Source: the human T2T-CHM13v2.0 reference genome, Homo sapiens. From it: DNA of 64,000 bases. Position numbers and translations under genes: made by a program. Positions 1 to 19,770 of this stretch are shown in pieces; position 1 is the stretch's first letter; every line of letters begins with the position of its first letter. The stretch lies in the NCBI RefSeq assembly GCF_009914755.1, contig NC_060931.1. One strand, 5' to 3'. A model generated the notes under the pieces. That model was not told the origin of the DNA and ran no database searches. It worked only from the letters and a program-made list of their open reading frames with translations.

Positions 1-352
1 GATTCTCTGGCTCAGCCTCCTGAGTAGCTGGGATTACAGGTGCCCACCACCACGCCTGGCTAATTTTTGTATTTTTAGTAGAGACAGGGTTTCAGCATGT
101 TGGCCAGACTGGTCTCGAACTCCTGACCTCAAGTGATCTGCCTGCCTTGGCCTACCAAAGTGCTGGGATTACAGGCATGAGCCACCGCACCCAGCCATCT
201 ATCCTATTTTTGATGTATTTCAAAATCAGTAAAGACATCAATGCATTTTCCTGTAAATAGTTCAGCATGAATATTATTAACCTAGAGTTCAATATTTGTT
301 TTTTTCTTTTCAGGTAAATTTTACATATAATGAAATTTCAAGTCTTAATTGA

Positions 353-511
<159 letters not shown>

Positions 512-1610
512 TGAGTAGCTGGGATTCCACGCCCGGCTAATTTTTGTGTTTTTAGTAGAGATGGGGTTTCACCATGTTGGCCAGGCTGGTCTTAAACTCC
601 TGACTTCAAGTGATCCACCCGCCTTGGCTTCCCAAAGTGCTGGGATTACAGGAGTGAGCCACCACGCCCGGCCATATTATTTTTTAAGAATGTGTAGGTG
701 ATTGCATTTAGTCAGTGTAACACGTTGCATTTTACTAATCTTTATATCACAGATATAAGTAATGAGGCTAAAATAATACCACCAATAAAGATGAGTGACT
801 TGACTACAGAAAGATTTCTTATTGGGTATATTTCTTTGGTCTACATTATTAGTTATCTGTCATAGCCCTCAGCAAGTACAAATGAATATATCATTGTATC
901 TTATGGGATGGGTGAAAAAGATAACAAGTAATTAGGTTTTGTGATAACGTATCAAAGTTTCATTTTGCTGTTATCTTGTCAGTTTGTTTTTACCATGGGT
1001 TTTCAAGATGCTCATGCCTCAACCCCCTGAGTAGCTGGGACTATAGGCATGTGCCACCATGCCCAGCTAATTTTTGTATTTTTAGTAACGATGGGGTTTT
1101 GCCATGTTGGCCAGGCCGGTCTTGAACTCCTGACCTCAGGTGACCCACCCACCTCGGCCTCCTAAATTGCTGGGATTACAGGCATGAGCCACCGTGCCTG
1201 GCCTGTTATTTTCTGTTGGTTGATCAAATTGTCAGCTTCACAATTTCTTTCGTTTGTTTGTTTGTTTTTAAGACAAGGTCTGGCTCTATTGCCCAGGCTA
1301 GAGTGCAGTGCCATGATCAGAGTGCAGTGCCATGATCTGAGATCAGTGCAGCCTGTGCCTCCTGGGCCCAAGCCATCCTCCCATCGCAGCCTCCCAAGTA
1401 GCTGGGACTACAGGCACACACCACCATGCCTGGCTAATTTTTGTATTTTCTGTGGAGATGGGGGTTTGCCATGTTGCCCGGGCTGGTTTTGAACTCGTGA
1501 ACTCAAGTGATTCACCTGCTTCGGCCTTCCAAGGTGCTAGGGTTACAGGCCTGAGCCACCACACCCAACCTCAGTACTTGTTTTCTTAAAAAAAAATATG
1601 CTCCTGGCTC

Positions 1611-1989
1611 TGTTGGAGGGCCCAAAGACCACTCCCAGATTTCGTGATCTGCTAGGAGGACTCACAGGATTCCCATATGGTTGTACTCACAGCAAGATTT
1701 GTTAGAATGATACAAAGTAATATCAGCAAAGGGAAAAGGTACCTGGGACAAAGTCTGCAGGAAACCAGGGACAGGCTTCCCAGAGTCCTCTCCCAGTGGA
1801 GTCTTATAGGATATGCTTAATTGTTCCAGTAATGAGTTGTAACAACCAGAAAAGCTCATTAGAGACTCAGTGCCCAAGGTTTTTATTGGGGGCTAATCAC
1901 ATGCATACCCTCTGTCTAGCACTTACCCAAATTCCAGACTCATAGAAGGAAAGCACGTGTTCTGCATATACCACACTGTTTGACAAACA
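1611..1989. mobile_element. ERVL-class LTR fragment (MER77/MER21 group)
   Basis: Resembles remembered consensus (cccaaagaccac...ggaggactcacagga...agagactcagtgccc). Confidence 0.6.
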
Positions 1990-3831
<1,842 letters not shown>

Positions 3832-3981
3832 CATGTGTCTTGCTCAAAACTGTCCTTATATTCAGCACAAATATAAACCTTTGTACTACTATACAAATGT
3901 TACATGGTACGTGACTGCAGTTAGGTACAGCCAACCACTCATCATTTAGGGGAAGTTTTGTATCAGCATAGAGACTACATA

Positions 3982-4580
3982 CAGTAGTCCCCCTTTATTG
4001 ATGGTATCGTTTTCCACAGTTTGTTACCTGCCGTCAACTGTGATCTGAAAATATTAAATGGAAAATTCCAGAAATAATTTATAAGTTTTAAGTTTGCCAT
4101 TCTGAGTAGTATGATGAAATCTTGCACTATCCTGCCCTGTCTCATCTGGGGCGTGAATCATCCCTTTGTCCAGTGCATCCACACTGTATACGCTACCTGG
4201 CCATTAGTCACTTAGAAGCTATGTCAACTGTGGCAGTATTGCAGTGCTTATGTTAAGTACCCCCCGCTCCCCCCCTTTTTAAAAATAAATAATTGCCCCA
4301 AACTGCAAAAGTAGTAATGGTGGCAATTCAGATGTATCAGAGAAGCCGTCAAGTGCTTCCTTTATGTGAAAAGGTGAAATTTCTTGACTTAATAAGGAAG
4401 GAAGGAAGTTACATGCTGAGGTTGCCAAGATCTCTGGTAAGAACAAATCTTCTATCTGTGAAACTGTGAAGAAAGTAAAAGAAATTTGTACTAGTGCTAC
4501 TGTTGCACCTCAAACTGCAAAAGTTACGGCCACAGTGTGTGATAAATACTTAGTTAATATGGAAACAGCATTAAAGGCAA
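3982..4580 (+). mobile_element. Tigger7/MER44-type DNA transposon, 5' part
   Basis: TA + cagtagtccccctt terminus; decayed transposase N-terminus (gaaaaggtgaaatttcttgacttaataagg). Confidence 0.7.
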
Positions 4581-4583
4581 GTA

Positions 4584-6140
<1,557 letters not shown>

Positions 6141-7458
6141 GCTAGGCGCGTGCCACCACAGCCAACTAATTTTTGTATTTTTAGTAGAGACAGGGTTTTA
6201 CCATGTTGGTCAGGGTGGTCTTGAACTCCTGACCTCGTGACCTGCCCACCTCAGCCTCCCAAAGTGCTGGGATTATGAGCGTGAGCCACTGTGCCCAGCC
6301 CATTCAGAAAATTTTTAAAAACAAGCAGGTAAGTGTTTTAAAAGTCAGGTTTTTTGGCTAGGCATGGTGGGTCATGCCTATAATCCCAGCACTTTGGGAG
6401 GTTGAGGCAGGTGGGTCACCTGAGCTCAGGAGTTGAAGAACAGCCTAAGCAACATAGTGAGACCCCATCTTTACCAAAAATACAAAAAATTAGCTGGGCG
6501 TGGTGGCACACACCTGTGGTCCCAGCTACTAGGGAGACCGAGGTGGAATAATAGCTTGAGCCTGGGAGGCAGAGATTGCAGTAAGCCAAGATTACGCCAC
6601 TGTAGTCCAGCCTGGGTGATAGAGTGAGACCCTGTCTCAAAAACAAACAAACAAACAAAAGTCAGATGTTTTGAATGGAAAGTTAATCCTCTGGATATCG
6701 GTTCAGAGGTTTTCTTCCTTATATCCAGTCTTTCCCCCCCTCTGCCTTTTTCCTTATAGATATGTATGTGTATAACATCTGGAAGAGAACAAAGATAAGA
6801 TTGGACTATGTTTAATACACTTCAGCTTTTCTTTTAGGTCAGAACAGGAGGTTGGCAAGGCAACTGTTGCATATGCTAAAATCTATTTCCCAAATCGCTC
6901 CCCATAACCGATGGTCGTTTGGGCTTTCGTCTTACCCCAGCCTCTTATTTCTGCTTTGAGAACACCTTTAGATTTCAGTGGCGTCTAACTGATTTAAAAG
7001 ACATTGGGTAAAGTAGTCAGTTCTGTTAATTTGCTGTGAATTAAACCATATTCTGCCCACAAGGCTGTGTTGGAGAAATAACTATAGAGAGCTTCAGGGG
7101 ACTCTCTGGAGCTTGACAAGCTCTCTTGTCAGCTTGCCAACTTGTCCATTTAGTCCAAAAAAAAAAAAATAATAAAGCCATATAGGCCTAGGTTGTAATA
7201 GCTAGCACAGCTGTTTTGGTACTGATCAGATGAGGCATGTTGTGTGCAAAGCCGATATTGGCTGTGCACTTTTTCTTTCAGAAAGAACCCCCAAGACCTG
7301 AAGGACTTGCCAATACTATATTCTTCCCCCTCCCAGCATTTAGGAAACAATGACTTGTATCATTTAATAGACAAAGATAATATATCTCATAGAAAGAGCC
7401 CAGAATTGGGAATCTGAAAAGTGTGTTTCTAGGGAGTTGGATTCTGTGTCTATACTGA

Positions 7459-7677
<219 letters not shown>

Positions 7678-8280
7678 TAGTAGAGACAGGGTTTTGCCAC
7701 GTTGGTCAGGCTCATCTTGAACTCTTGACCTCAAATGATCCACTTGCCTCGGCCTCCCAAAGTTCTGGGCTTACACGCGTGAGTTACCACACCCATCCTG
7801 TATGCATTTTTTAAAAGGCTGGTTCTGTGTTATTGTTATAGTTATTTAGAAATAAATATTTGGGGCCGGGCGCGGTGGCTCAAGCCTGTAATCCCAGCAC
7901 TTTGGGAGGCCAAGGTGGGCGGATCATGAGGTCAGGAGATCGAGACCATCCTGGCTAACACGGTGAAACCCCATCTCTACTAAAAACAAAAAAATTTAAA
8001 AAAAACTTAGCTGGGCGTGGTGGCAGGCGCCTGTAGTCCCAGCTACTCGGGAGGCTGAGGCAGCGGGGAGAATGGCTTGAACCTGGGAGGCGGAGCTTGC
8101 AGTGAGCCATCGTGCCACTGCACTCCAGCCTGGGTGACAGAGCGAGACTCTGTCTCAAAAAAAGAAAAAAAGAAAGGAAAAATATTTGGGGCAAAATATA
8201 GTGTTCAGCAAACCAACATGATTATCTTACCTTCTTATTCAAGTTCATGAAGGCCATTTTTTTTTCCTCCCACAAATTAG

Positions 8281-8394
8281 AGCCTGGTATTTCAACATCA
8301 GATATTCTGTCTTGGATTAAACAAGAAGAAGAGCCTCAGGTTGGGGCCCCACCGGAGTCCAAGGAGAGTGACGTGTACAAAAGCACTTATGCTG
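8281..8394 (+). CDS. ZNF398: ZNF398 penultimate coding exon (114 nt, phase 1-1, KRAB-B-like linker exon: EPGISTSDILSWIKQEEEPQVGAPPESKESDVYKSTYA)
   Basis: Pyrimidine tract and ttag| acceptor ending at 8280; donor G|gtgagt at 8395. Splices in frame to the 10461 exon. Homologous to ZNF282 exon 7 (ISAHDILSWIKQEE). Confidence 0.92.
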
Positions 8395-9526
8395 GTGAGT
8401 ATGAAATTAAAGAGGTGTTCATGTCCATATCCAGCTCATGCCAGGACTGACTGAAGAAACAGCAGGTGAAATTTGTAGAGGCAAATATGTGGGAGAAGAA
8501 TGAGGGAAAGAAAAAGCCATGCTCAACATTATGAATGAAACCAAACAGTCACTAAGATAAATTTGAAGTGAGTGAGAAAATACACTCTTACATGCAAAGA
8601 CAAATGAGAATTGTCAGAAGAAGAAAAACAAGTGCATACAGACGAACCAAAATTATGGGGATGGGGAAAGACAGAAGACGATTTGAAAATCATGTAGAAA
8701 GGGTAGAAAACGTGGGAGTGGGGTGGGGAGACAAGCCCTGGAGACAGAAATGGCCATGGAGAGGTGTAAATGGGAATGTTAATTAAGAGCCCTCCCTCAG
8801 TGAAAGGAAAATCAATGATGGGAGAAGAAATAGAAGTATCTTCCTTCTAAGATACTTTTGCCATTTGTATTGTAGAAGAGAATCTCAAGATCAGAAGGGT
8901 CCCAGTCATTTATACAGCTTAATGCATTCTGTTTTTTTTTTAGTATTTTCTGTGCTCTGTGTTCTTTTAGACTGGGAAACACAAATGAAACATAAGATAG
9001 TTTTAGCTCTTGAAAAAACTTATGCTAGGGACATACATATCAGTACTAGGCAAGCCTGTTAAGTGTCAAGGATGAGTGGGGTGGACGACTTATATAAATG
9101 AATGAGAAGTTTCAGGAACATGCATCAGGTTTGGCTTGGTGACTCGTGCCTGTAAGCCCAGCATTTTGGGAGGAGGTTGAGGCAGGTGGATCACTCGAGC
9201 CCAGGAGTTCAAGACCAGCCTGGGTAACATAGGGAGACCCTGTCTCTAAAAAAAAGGAAAATATGCATCAGTTTTAGTTTAGGTATTTAGATAAGACCTA
9301 AAGAAGGGCATAAAGCCACAATTGTACCTTAAAAGATTGGTATGATATGGCTGGGTATAATTTGGAAAGATGGGGAGAGAGGGGTAACATTCTACAAAAG
9401 GGAGGACAGAGTAAGTCAAGATGCATAGCAGAAATGTATACTCTGTTCTCAGGGGAAGTAAAGAGACAGCTGACCACAGTGATGGGTTGATCTGATAGAA
9501 TACAGAGAAATAGGAATAGATAATTA

Positions 9527-10275
<749 letters not shown>

Positions 10276-10460
10276 TAAAGTGTCATTTCATTTCTCTGAT
10301 GATTTGCCACAGAGACCACAGATGTCTCGGTTATTATTGCAGCCTTCTGCTGAATTTCTGATCTGAGCTTCGAGTGATCTGTTAGAGCTGGGTAGGAATG
10401 CATGAGAGTTGCTAGTGAGACAGTTATTGATGGGTATAACTCTGGAGTCTTTTCTTTCAG

Positions 10461-11614
10461 ATGAAGAGCTTGTCATCAAAGCTGAAGGCCTTGCTAGATC
10501 CTCGTTGTGCCCTGAGGTTCCAGTCCCTTTCTCTTCTCCACCAGCAGCAGCAAAGGATGCTTTTTCAGATGTGGCTTTCAAAAGCCAGCAGTCTACATCC
10601 ATGACACCTTTTGGACGTCCAGCCACTGACCTGCCTGAAGCCTCTGAGGGACAAGTGACTTTTACTCAGTTGGGTAGCTATCCCCTCCCACCTCCAGTTG
10701 GCGAGCAGGTGTTCTCATGCCACCACTGTGGCAAGAATCTCAGCCAAGACATGTTGCTGACCCACCAATGTAGCCATGCTACTGAGCACCCCTTACCCTG
10801 TGCCCAGTGCCCTAAGCACTTTACTCCACAGGCGGACCTCAGCAGCACCTCCCAGGACCATGCCAGCGAGACACCCCCCACCTGCCCACACTGTGCCAGG
10901 ACTTTTACTCACCCATCAAGACTTACCTACCATCTTCGGGTCCATAACAGCACTGAGCGTCCTTTCCCCTGTCCTGATTGCCCCAAGCGCTTTGCTGACC
11001 AGGCTCGACTCACCAGCCACCGGAGAGCTCATGCAAGCGAAAGGCCCTTCCGCTGTGCCCAGTGCGGCAGGAGCTTCAGCTTGAAAATCAGCCTCCTGCT
11101 CCACCAGCGGGGTCATGCACAAGAGCGCCCTTTCTCCTGCCCTCAGTGTGGCATTGACTTCAACGGCCACTCGGCCCTGATCCGCCACCAGATGATCCAC
11201 ACAGGCGAGCGTCCTTACCCCTGCACTGACTGCAGTAAGAGCTTCATGCGCAAGGAGCACCTGCTGAACCACCGGCGGCTGCACACAGGCGAGCGGCCCT
11301 TCAGTTGTCCTCACTGTGGCAAGAGCTTCATCCGCAAGCACCACCTAATGAAACACCAGCGCATCCACACCGGGGAGCGGCCCTACCCCTGCTCCTACTG
11401 TGGCAGGAGCTTCCGCTACAAACAGACACTCAAGGACCACCTCCGTTCAGGCCACAATGGAGGCTGTGGGGGTGATAGTGACCCATCAGGTCAGCCACCC
11501 AACCCACCAGGTCCCCTCATAACTGGGCTTGAAACTTCTGGCCTGGGTGTCAACACTGAAGGTCTAGAGACCAACCAGTGGTATGGGGAAGGGAGTGGAG
11601 GGGGAGTTTTGTAA
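10461..11614 (+). CDS. ZNF398: ZNF398 terminal coding exon: 2 degenerate + 7 intact C2H2 zinc fingers
   Basis: Acceptor ttttctttcag| ending at 10460. ORF 10409-11614 has repeated CxxC-x12-HxxxH units and TGERP linkers; stop TAA at 11612-11614. Protein recognised as ZNF398 (ZER6). Confidence 0.95.
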
Positions 11615-14600
11615 ATCCAAATCTCTGTGGCTTCATGCTTGTATATGCTCACAGCAGGGCACAAAATCCAAGAGAAGGTCTGTGAGCCCCATCCAACACC
11701 CACAGTAATTATTATCTGGCACATCAATGAATTTGGGGTCCTATACACTTGAGACATGCTTGTGTTTTGGAATTTCACACCCTTACAAGAATACCACATT
11801 TTGAAACCCAGAAAGACCTGGAAAGGAGCCCAGCATGTCCATCTTTTCAAAGATACAACAAAAGCAGAAGTTACAAGAATATTGCGGAGAGGTTGGAAAG
11901 CAGGATTTAACCTCTAGTTCTCTTGTTCTCAGAGAACAGCAGGTTGATAGTAGATTATGTCTCTAGGTAGAGACAGATACATGAGAAGAGCCTCCAAAAC
12001 TGGAAGCCCATCATAAGGCATGAGAATGTTTAACTATAAAGCCTTTTATTAGTTCTTTGATAGCTAAGATGGTTGTTGGAGAAAGTGCTTAAGCCACTGT
12101 TTATGTTGCTGCCTCCTCTCTCAAAACCAGCCAAGATCTGTTCACACACCTCTGTGGCTGTCTTTCCCTGAAACATGGTAACTCAAGACTGCCTGCCTAG
12201 GTTTCTTAGATTAATTATTCACATAAATTTTGTTTAATATTGGTTGAACAAGAAATCTGACTTTAAAAGATTATTAAGGAGAATATTCCTTAACTATACT
12301 GGCTTGATTTGAAACAGGCTCTTATTGCCATTTAAACTGCCAGAAATCTTTGCCAAGGTCCTGGTTAAAAAAATTGGAAACGGTTTTCTTAGCCCCAGCT
12401 TTAAAAGCTAGAGATCTCAGAGAAATAGCTGGCTTAACAATGACAGAACAGCCTAAAATTTGTGCCTACACCATGTTCTGAGAGTCGTTCACATCAAATT
12501 CTTATCTTTTCCAAGCCAGTAAGTTGGCTTCTCCATTCCTGGTGTCTGATATTCTTGACAATCATCAGCAACAAAGATCACAGCACTTTCCAGAAGCATG
12601 GAGCTTCAGAAAGTGCCAGTGAACTCTTGGTCCTCAGTAGTGAGATGATAACAGTGTTATAATGCAGCTTCCTTGAGCCATCAGAGAGAGTGTATGTTCA
12701 CCCTATCTGGCTGTATCCCATTGGCAGTGGACAGATTGAGGAAATTCCTAGATCACTGAGAGCTAAGCACCATGCATAGACAACAGTTTGTTCTTGCCTG
12801 TGTTGCTTTTAGGGACTTTGACTACCACATGTTCTTTTCTTGGGGTGATTTAATCACCTGGGAGCATCTGAGTCTGCTCCTAAGTGGCTTTGCAACTGGG
12901 CCTAAGTTCTGTTTCCTTTATGGATCTCAAATTTTCATCTGCACAATGAGGCTGTTGAAAGGAAAAAAAGTGAGCCTCTAGGAATTATTCAAAAAAAGTC
13001 TGTGATACATTCCTTTTCCTGCCAAAGTTCTGTCTCTGTCTTTGGCTTCTGTCCAGGCAAAGCTAAATAAGACAGCAAAGTCAAAGCAGATAAATTCTTG
13101 TTGAAACTTGACTAAAATTTATTTGATTTGTTGTTTTACTCCCACTTGGAATCCTGAGGTAGAAGACAGAATGCAGAAGTCTTACATCTTGGGCAGGAAA
13201 CTGGTTTATTCCTATACTCTTGTTTCCTCTGCTTCTTCCTGAGGTCTAGAACAAGGTCTGGAAATGTTTAGACAGGATATTTTCTTGATGAAGTGATAAG
13301 GAAAGGACCCATTTTTTTGCTCATCACCTAGCCCAACCTTCACTCTCTCTAGTTATGCATAACAACACTAGAAGAAGGTGTTAGCCCAGCTAACTTTGCT
13401 TCTGGGAAGGCTATGTCTGAACATGTTGCTCTGTAGGATAATCACACTTAGAAAACATCTGCTCCATGACATTCACAATACCAGGGACCATGGGAGACAC
13501 AAGAAATGTGTGTCTGCTGTCATAACTTACAGTGAAAAAGCCCAATAATACAGAACAAGACATGATGGGCAATACCCTAGCATATTGGGATTAAGAGCTT
13601 TCTAGCCAGAATCTGGACCTATACCATGGGAAAATTTAGGGGTGCTGGGAATCCCAAAGCCAAGGTTCTGGCTTCATTGGCAACCCACTAGGAACTTGAA
13701 TGTGAGATTCAGCTCTAGTTTGCACCTTGATTTCCCCAGTGAAAAGGGAGAAGAGCCAAAGTATTGTCTAGGTGCTGAGTTCCCTTTTCTGAGTGGATTT
13801 CAAGCATTTGCCAGGGTATGCTGGAGGAGGGACTCCTAAAGTAGGTGAGTTGTGGGACTAGGTAACACTTTAAATACTTTTTTACTCAAAGATTTGCCAA
13901 GAACACAGCTTATTAGTGAAAGAGACCTGTGGATTGAAATGGCTGCAGATAGATCCCGCAGTCCCTTCTGAAAGGAACTGTGTAGCCAGCAGGGACCTAA
14001 ACTTTGGCAAAAAGTGAACACAATTCAAATACGAATGAAGGAAGAGCCCTCAGATGGAACGAAAGGCGATGTGCAAGGCCATCCCAGAGAGACGGAAGCA
14101 GGTGCGATACTAAGCCTCAGCCCAAGAATAAAAGAGAGTTCAACTGTTACTCTTTTCTTTCATCAATCCCCTATCAGTTAGAACTGCAGGCCAGTTCCAA
14201 AGAGTGTTTGCTTAAGATTCAAAAGTGGGTAAGTAAAATGGATCAGTGGGAAGGATAAGGTGTCCAACAGAAAGTGTGGAGGAGAAACTCTTGGCCTATC
14301 AAGTGCTCCTGAGAGAAACCATGCAATTTAACACTTCAGTTAAAGAAATACATGAGAACTGCTTGTCATGACCAGACAAGATAGGAAAGGGGAAACCCCA
14401 GAAACGTGCTCTTCATCTGTCAGCCTTTTGGACCAAGAAGCTGTCACTATCACACATAAGCACCATTCCCTTAGAGTGGATCCAGGTGTTGACTATAACC
14501 AGATTTACTCTTTGCTTACTAGGTTTTCCATTGTCACCATTGGATGAACCTCTGGTTTAGCCACAGTTGTGAAAATAAATGGAAGTTGGTTGATTGTCTA
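11615..14600 (+). other. ZNF398: ZNF398 3'UTR (~3 kb, Alu-free); end approximate
   Basis: Unique sequence from the stop codon to AATAAA at 14574-14579; another AATAAA at 14127-14132. Confidence 0.7.
14574..14579 (+). terminator. ZNF398: Probable ZNF398 polyadenylation signal AATAAA
   Basis: Canonical hexamer followed by G/T-rich sequence at the end of the repeat-free 3'UTR. Confidence 0.65.
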
Positions 14601-17035
14601 GAAAGTGCAAGAAGATGGCCCTGCTCCTTTTCTGCTGAACATTTAGTATTGGAAACTCCTACTTCCATTTTCATTAATAATGTGTGCAAGTTTCCTATTA
14701 GCGGGGAAGGTGTGGGGCTCTGCTGGGCTTCTCTTGAGCATATCTGAGAAATGATGTTCATGTCTATCTCAACCAGGACCAGACCCTGTGACTTACTCGG
14801 TAATAACAGTCCACACAAGCCTCGTTGATATTAAAAAAAAAAAAAAAAAAAGGACCTCATTCCAAATGGAATGGGAATCCCTAATTTCTGCTCAGATTTT
14901 CTCTGAGGAGGGGCAGGACTCCTGCCCTTCCTCTCATGTCTTAGCTTCTTAAACTACAAAAAGCATCCTCAGTGACTGCCTGAGGGCAGCTCAGTAGCCA
15001 TGAACAAAAGCATCTTTCTCTCTTTCTCAAAAATATTTTCTTACGGACAAGGACCTCTGATGTCACCAAATATGTTTTTTTTTTTCTTTCTTTGTGCCTG
15101 ATTTTTTTTTTTTTTTTTTGAGACGGAGTCTTGCTCTGTTGCCCAGGCTGGAGTGCAGTGGCACGGTCTCGGCTCACTGCACTCCGCCTCCCGGGTTCAC
15201 GCCATTCTGCCTCAGCCTCCTGAGTAGCTGGGACTACAGGCGCCCGCCACCACGCCCGGCTAATTTTTTGTATTTTTAGTAGAGATGGGGTTTCACCGTG
15301 TTAGCCAGGATGGTCCCGATCTCCTGAGTTTGTGATCCACCCTCCTCGGCCTCCCAAAGTGCTGGGATTACAGGCATGAGCCACCGCGCCCGGCAACCTG
15401 ATTGATATTTCTAACCCTGTTCTCTTTAGTCTTGGTTTTTTGTTTGTTTTTGCTGAAAAATTGTTTTTAGAGAAGTCTCACTGTATTGCTGTGTTGCTTA
15501 GGCTGGTCTTGAACTCCTAAGTTCAAGTGATCCTCCTGCCAAGGCCTCCCAAAGAGCTGGTATTATAGGTGTGAGCCTCCTTGCCTGGCCTAGCTCCAGT
15601 TCTTTATCTGTAGCAAAGGAGCAGTCATTTCTCACAGGGTTTATACACAGAGGCTGTTCTTTGGTTTTGGTTTTGGTTTTTGAGACGGAGTCTGGCTCTG
15701 TGGCCCAGGCTGGAGTGCAGTGGCACGATCTCGGCTTACTGCAACCTCTGCCTCCTGGCTTCAAGTGATTGTCCTGCCTCAGCTTCCGAGTAACTGGGAT
15801 TACAGGTGCACACCACCACAACTAGCTAATTTTTGTATTTTCAGTAGAGATGGAGTTTCACCATGTTGGTCAGGCTGGTCTGGAACTCCTGACCTTGTGA
15901 TCTGCCTGCCTTGGCCTCCCAAAGTACTGGGATTACCGTGCCTGGTCCGTTCTTTGTTTTAAAATGTTTCAGACTCTTACAAGCAAAAGATACTCAAGTT
16001 AGATCAAATTGGTGGGGGCAGGGAGTGTGCAGGGCCTTAACAACAATACATCATGTATGTTAGTACAGCTTAATGGTTATGAGCAGGGACTCTGGAGTCC
16101 TCGATTCAAGTCCTGACATCGTAAGTAAGATAACTGATGTATTATTTAACCATCCTGAGCCTTAGTTTCCTTATCTATAAGATAGGGATAATAATACCTG
16201 TGTCTCAGAGGTGTTAAGGCTCAAGGGGAAACCTATGTAGTATGTAACACAGGACGCTCACAGGAGGTGTTCAGTATATCGGCTATCAGATTTTACAGGA
16301 CCAACCAGACGGGGGGTCATAAAGCTGGGCTGAATTTGAAGTGAATTTGCCAAAAACGGAGGCTGCTCTGCAGAAGTATCATGGGCCAGAGCATATTGTT
16401 TCTTGCAGAAAACAATATGGAAGGTTCTGTGTATGTATCTAGAAGGTTAGGTTTATGTATCTTGCAGGAGTCATTTGTCACTTTCTAGGATGTTATTCCT
16501 TCTGGCTTTGTTTTAGTTTCTTTTTAAATGAGTAACTGGCCACAATCATGTATACACACATTCACAATGACTTTTCTCAACTTGGTCAATTAAATTGCCT
16601 CTTCAAAAAAAAAAAAAAAAAAAATTTACCCTTAAGACCAACCTCCTGGCCGGGTGTGGTGGCTCACACCTGTAATCCCAGCACTTTGGGAGGCCGAGGC
16701 GGGTGGATCATGAGGTCAGGAGATCGAGACCATCCTGGCTAACACTGTGAAACCCCGTCTCTACTAAAAAATAGAAAAAATTAGCCGGGTGTGGTGGTGG
16801 GCGCCTGTAGTCTCAGCTACTCAGGAGGCTGAGGCAGGAGAATGGCGTGAACCCGGGAGGCAGAGCTTGCAGTGAGCCTAGATCGCGCCACTGCACTCCA
16901 GCCTGGGCAACAGAGCGAGACTCTTGTCTCAAAAAAAAAAAAGGAGACCATCCTCCCATCAAAGAAGGCAGATATTCCAGCCCAGAGATGCCTCAAAAAC
17001 AGTGTCCTGCAATGCTCTCAAAAATTCCCAGGTTA

Positions 17036-17338
<303 letters not shown>

Positions 17339-18067
17339 TCAAAAAAAAAAAATCCATAAAATAATAAAACCTCATTGAGCTATGTGGCTTTATGTTTACT
17401 AGCAAAGCTAGTATTTACTGTAAAATCTTAAAACTGGTCTAAAACTTAAGCTACCCAAGAACAGAGGCCATGTATTATTTTGTATTCCTCATGATGCCAC
17501 ATGCTGTTAGGCACATGGTTGCTCAATGAATGATCATATAGTATGAAGACCACCAGAAGTAGGAGTTAAAAAGTGGATGATGGTCCTTGCTTAACATTCT
17601 CTACTTGTATGGGGCAAACTACCTAATTTACAAAGATGTTATTTTCCTCTCTCTAATGTGAAGATTGAACAACATGGTAATATAAGTTCCTTTATTCTGG
17701 AGTAGGATTGCCAGAATTGGGGAAAAGGCCCTTCAATTACAAAATTACAGAATTTAAGATTTTACTTTTGGGTCCTGTTCCCTTGTCTGGTTTCTTCCTA
17801 GATTCTGCCCTATTGAGTGATTGTTCTGCAAAGCAGTATAAACACCTTGGAGAGGTATGCGTTTTTACAGACTAAAGAGTCTCATTCTATCCATATTATA
17901 ACTCCAAAGCTACACAAACTGAAAAAGTTCTAGCAAAAGTATAACATTTTGTTTTAAATATGAAGTATATATTTAATTCACTTTTTCAAAACATAGGAAA
18001 ACAGTAATTCTTTTGCTAGGGTGCTAGGGTAATTCAATGATTGCTTTTCCCTATAAATTTTGTGTAA

Positions 18068-18590
<523 letters not shown>

Positions 18591-18878
18591 TAATTTTTTA
18601 TTTTTAGTAGAGACAGGGTTTTACCATGTTGGCTAGGCTAGTCCTGAATTCCTGACCTCAGGTGATCCGCCCGCCTCGGCCTCCCAAAGTGCTGGGATTA
18701 CAGGAGTGAGCCACCGCGCCCGGCCCGCGTAAAGCATTTTTAATGTTTTTGTAAGAATAAGGATTATTGTCATGAAAAAGGTCCTGGAAAACAAGTCAGG
18801 GGGCCAGAGTTTTAACCTTGCTTTCAGTTTTCTCATTCATAATGTGAGGATAATACCTAGTTTACGAAGGTGTTGTGA

Positions 18879-19132
<254 letters not shown>

Positions 19133-19404
19133 TGATCCGCCCTCCTCGGCCTCCCAAAGTGGTGGGATTACAGGTGTGAGCCACCGCACCTGGCAGGAAA
19201 GATTTTAAAGTGCTTTGAAGTCTATATGTCAAACATAAGAAGACAGTGTTGATATAGTAGTTGCAGGAGAATTACTTTGTTAACCAGTTAAACAATATCA
19301 TGGGTCATATTGATGTTTCTCTTCATTCAAGACTGGGCGGAGGCTGGGTGTGATGGCTCACTCATGTTATCCCACCACTTTGGGAGGCCAAGGCAGGAGG
19401 ATCA

Positions 19405-19770
<366 letters not shown>

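Noticed and set aside
1300-1337. Small internal tandem duplications in Alus (19 bp here; also ~3418-3463, ~18427-18510, ~40090-40150)
   Set aside because: Ordinary slippage or unequal exchange within repeats; no functional evidence.
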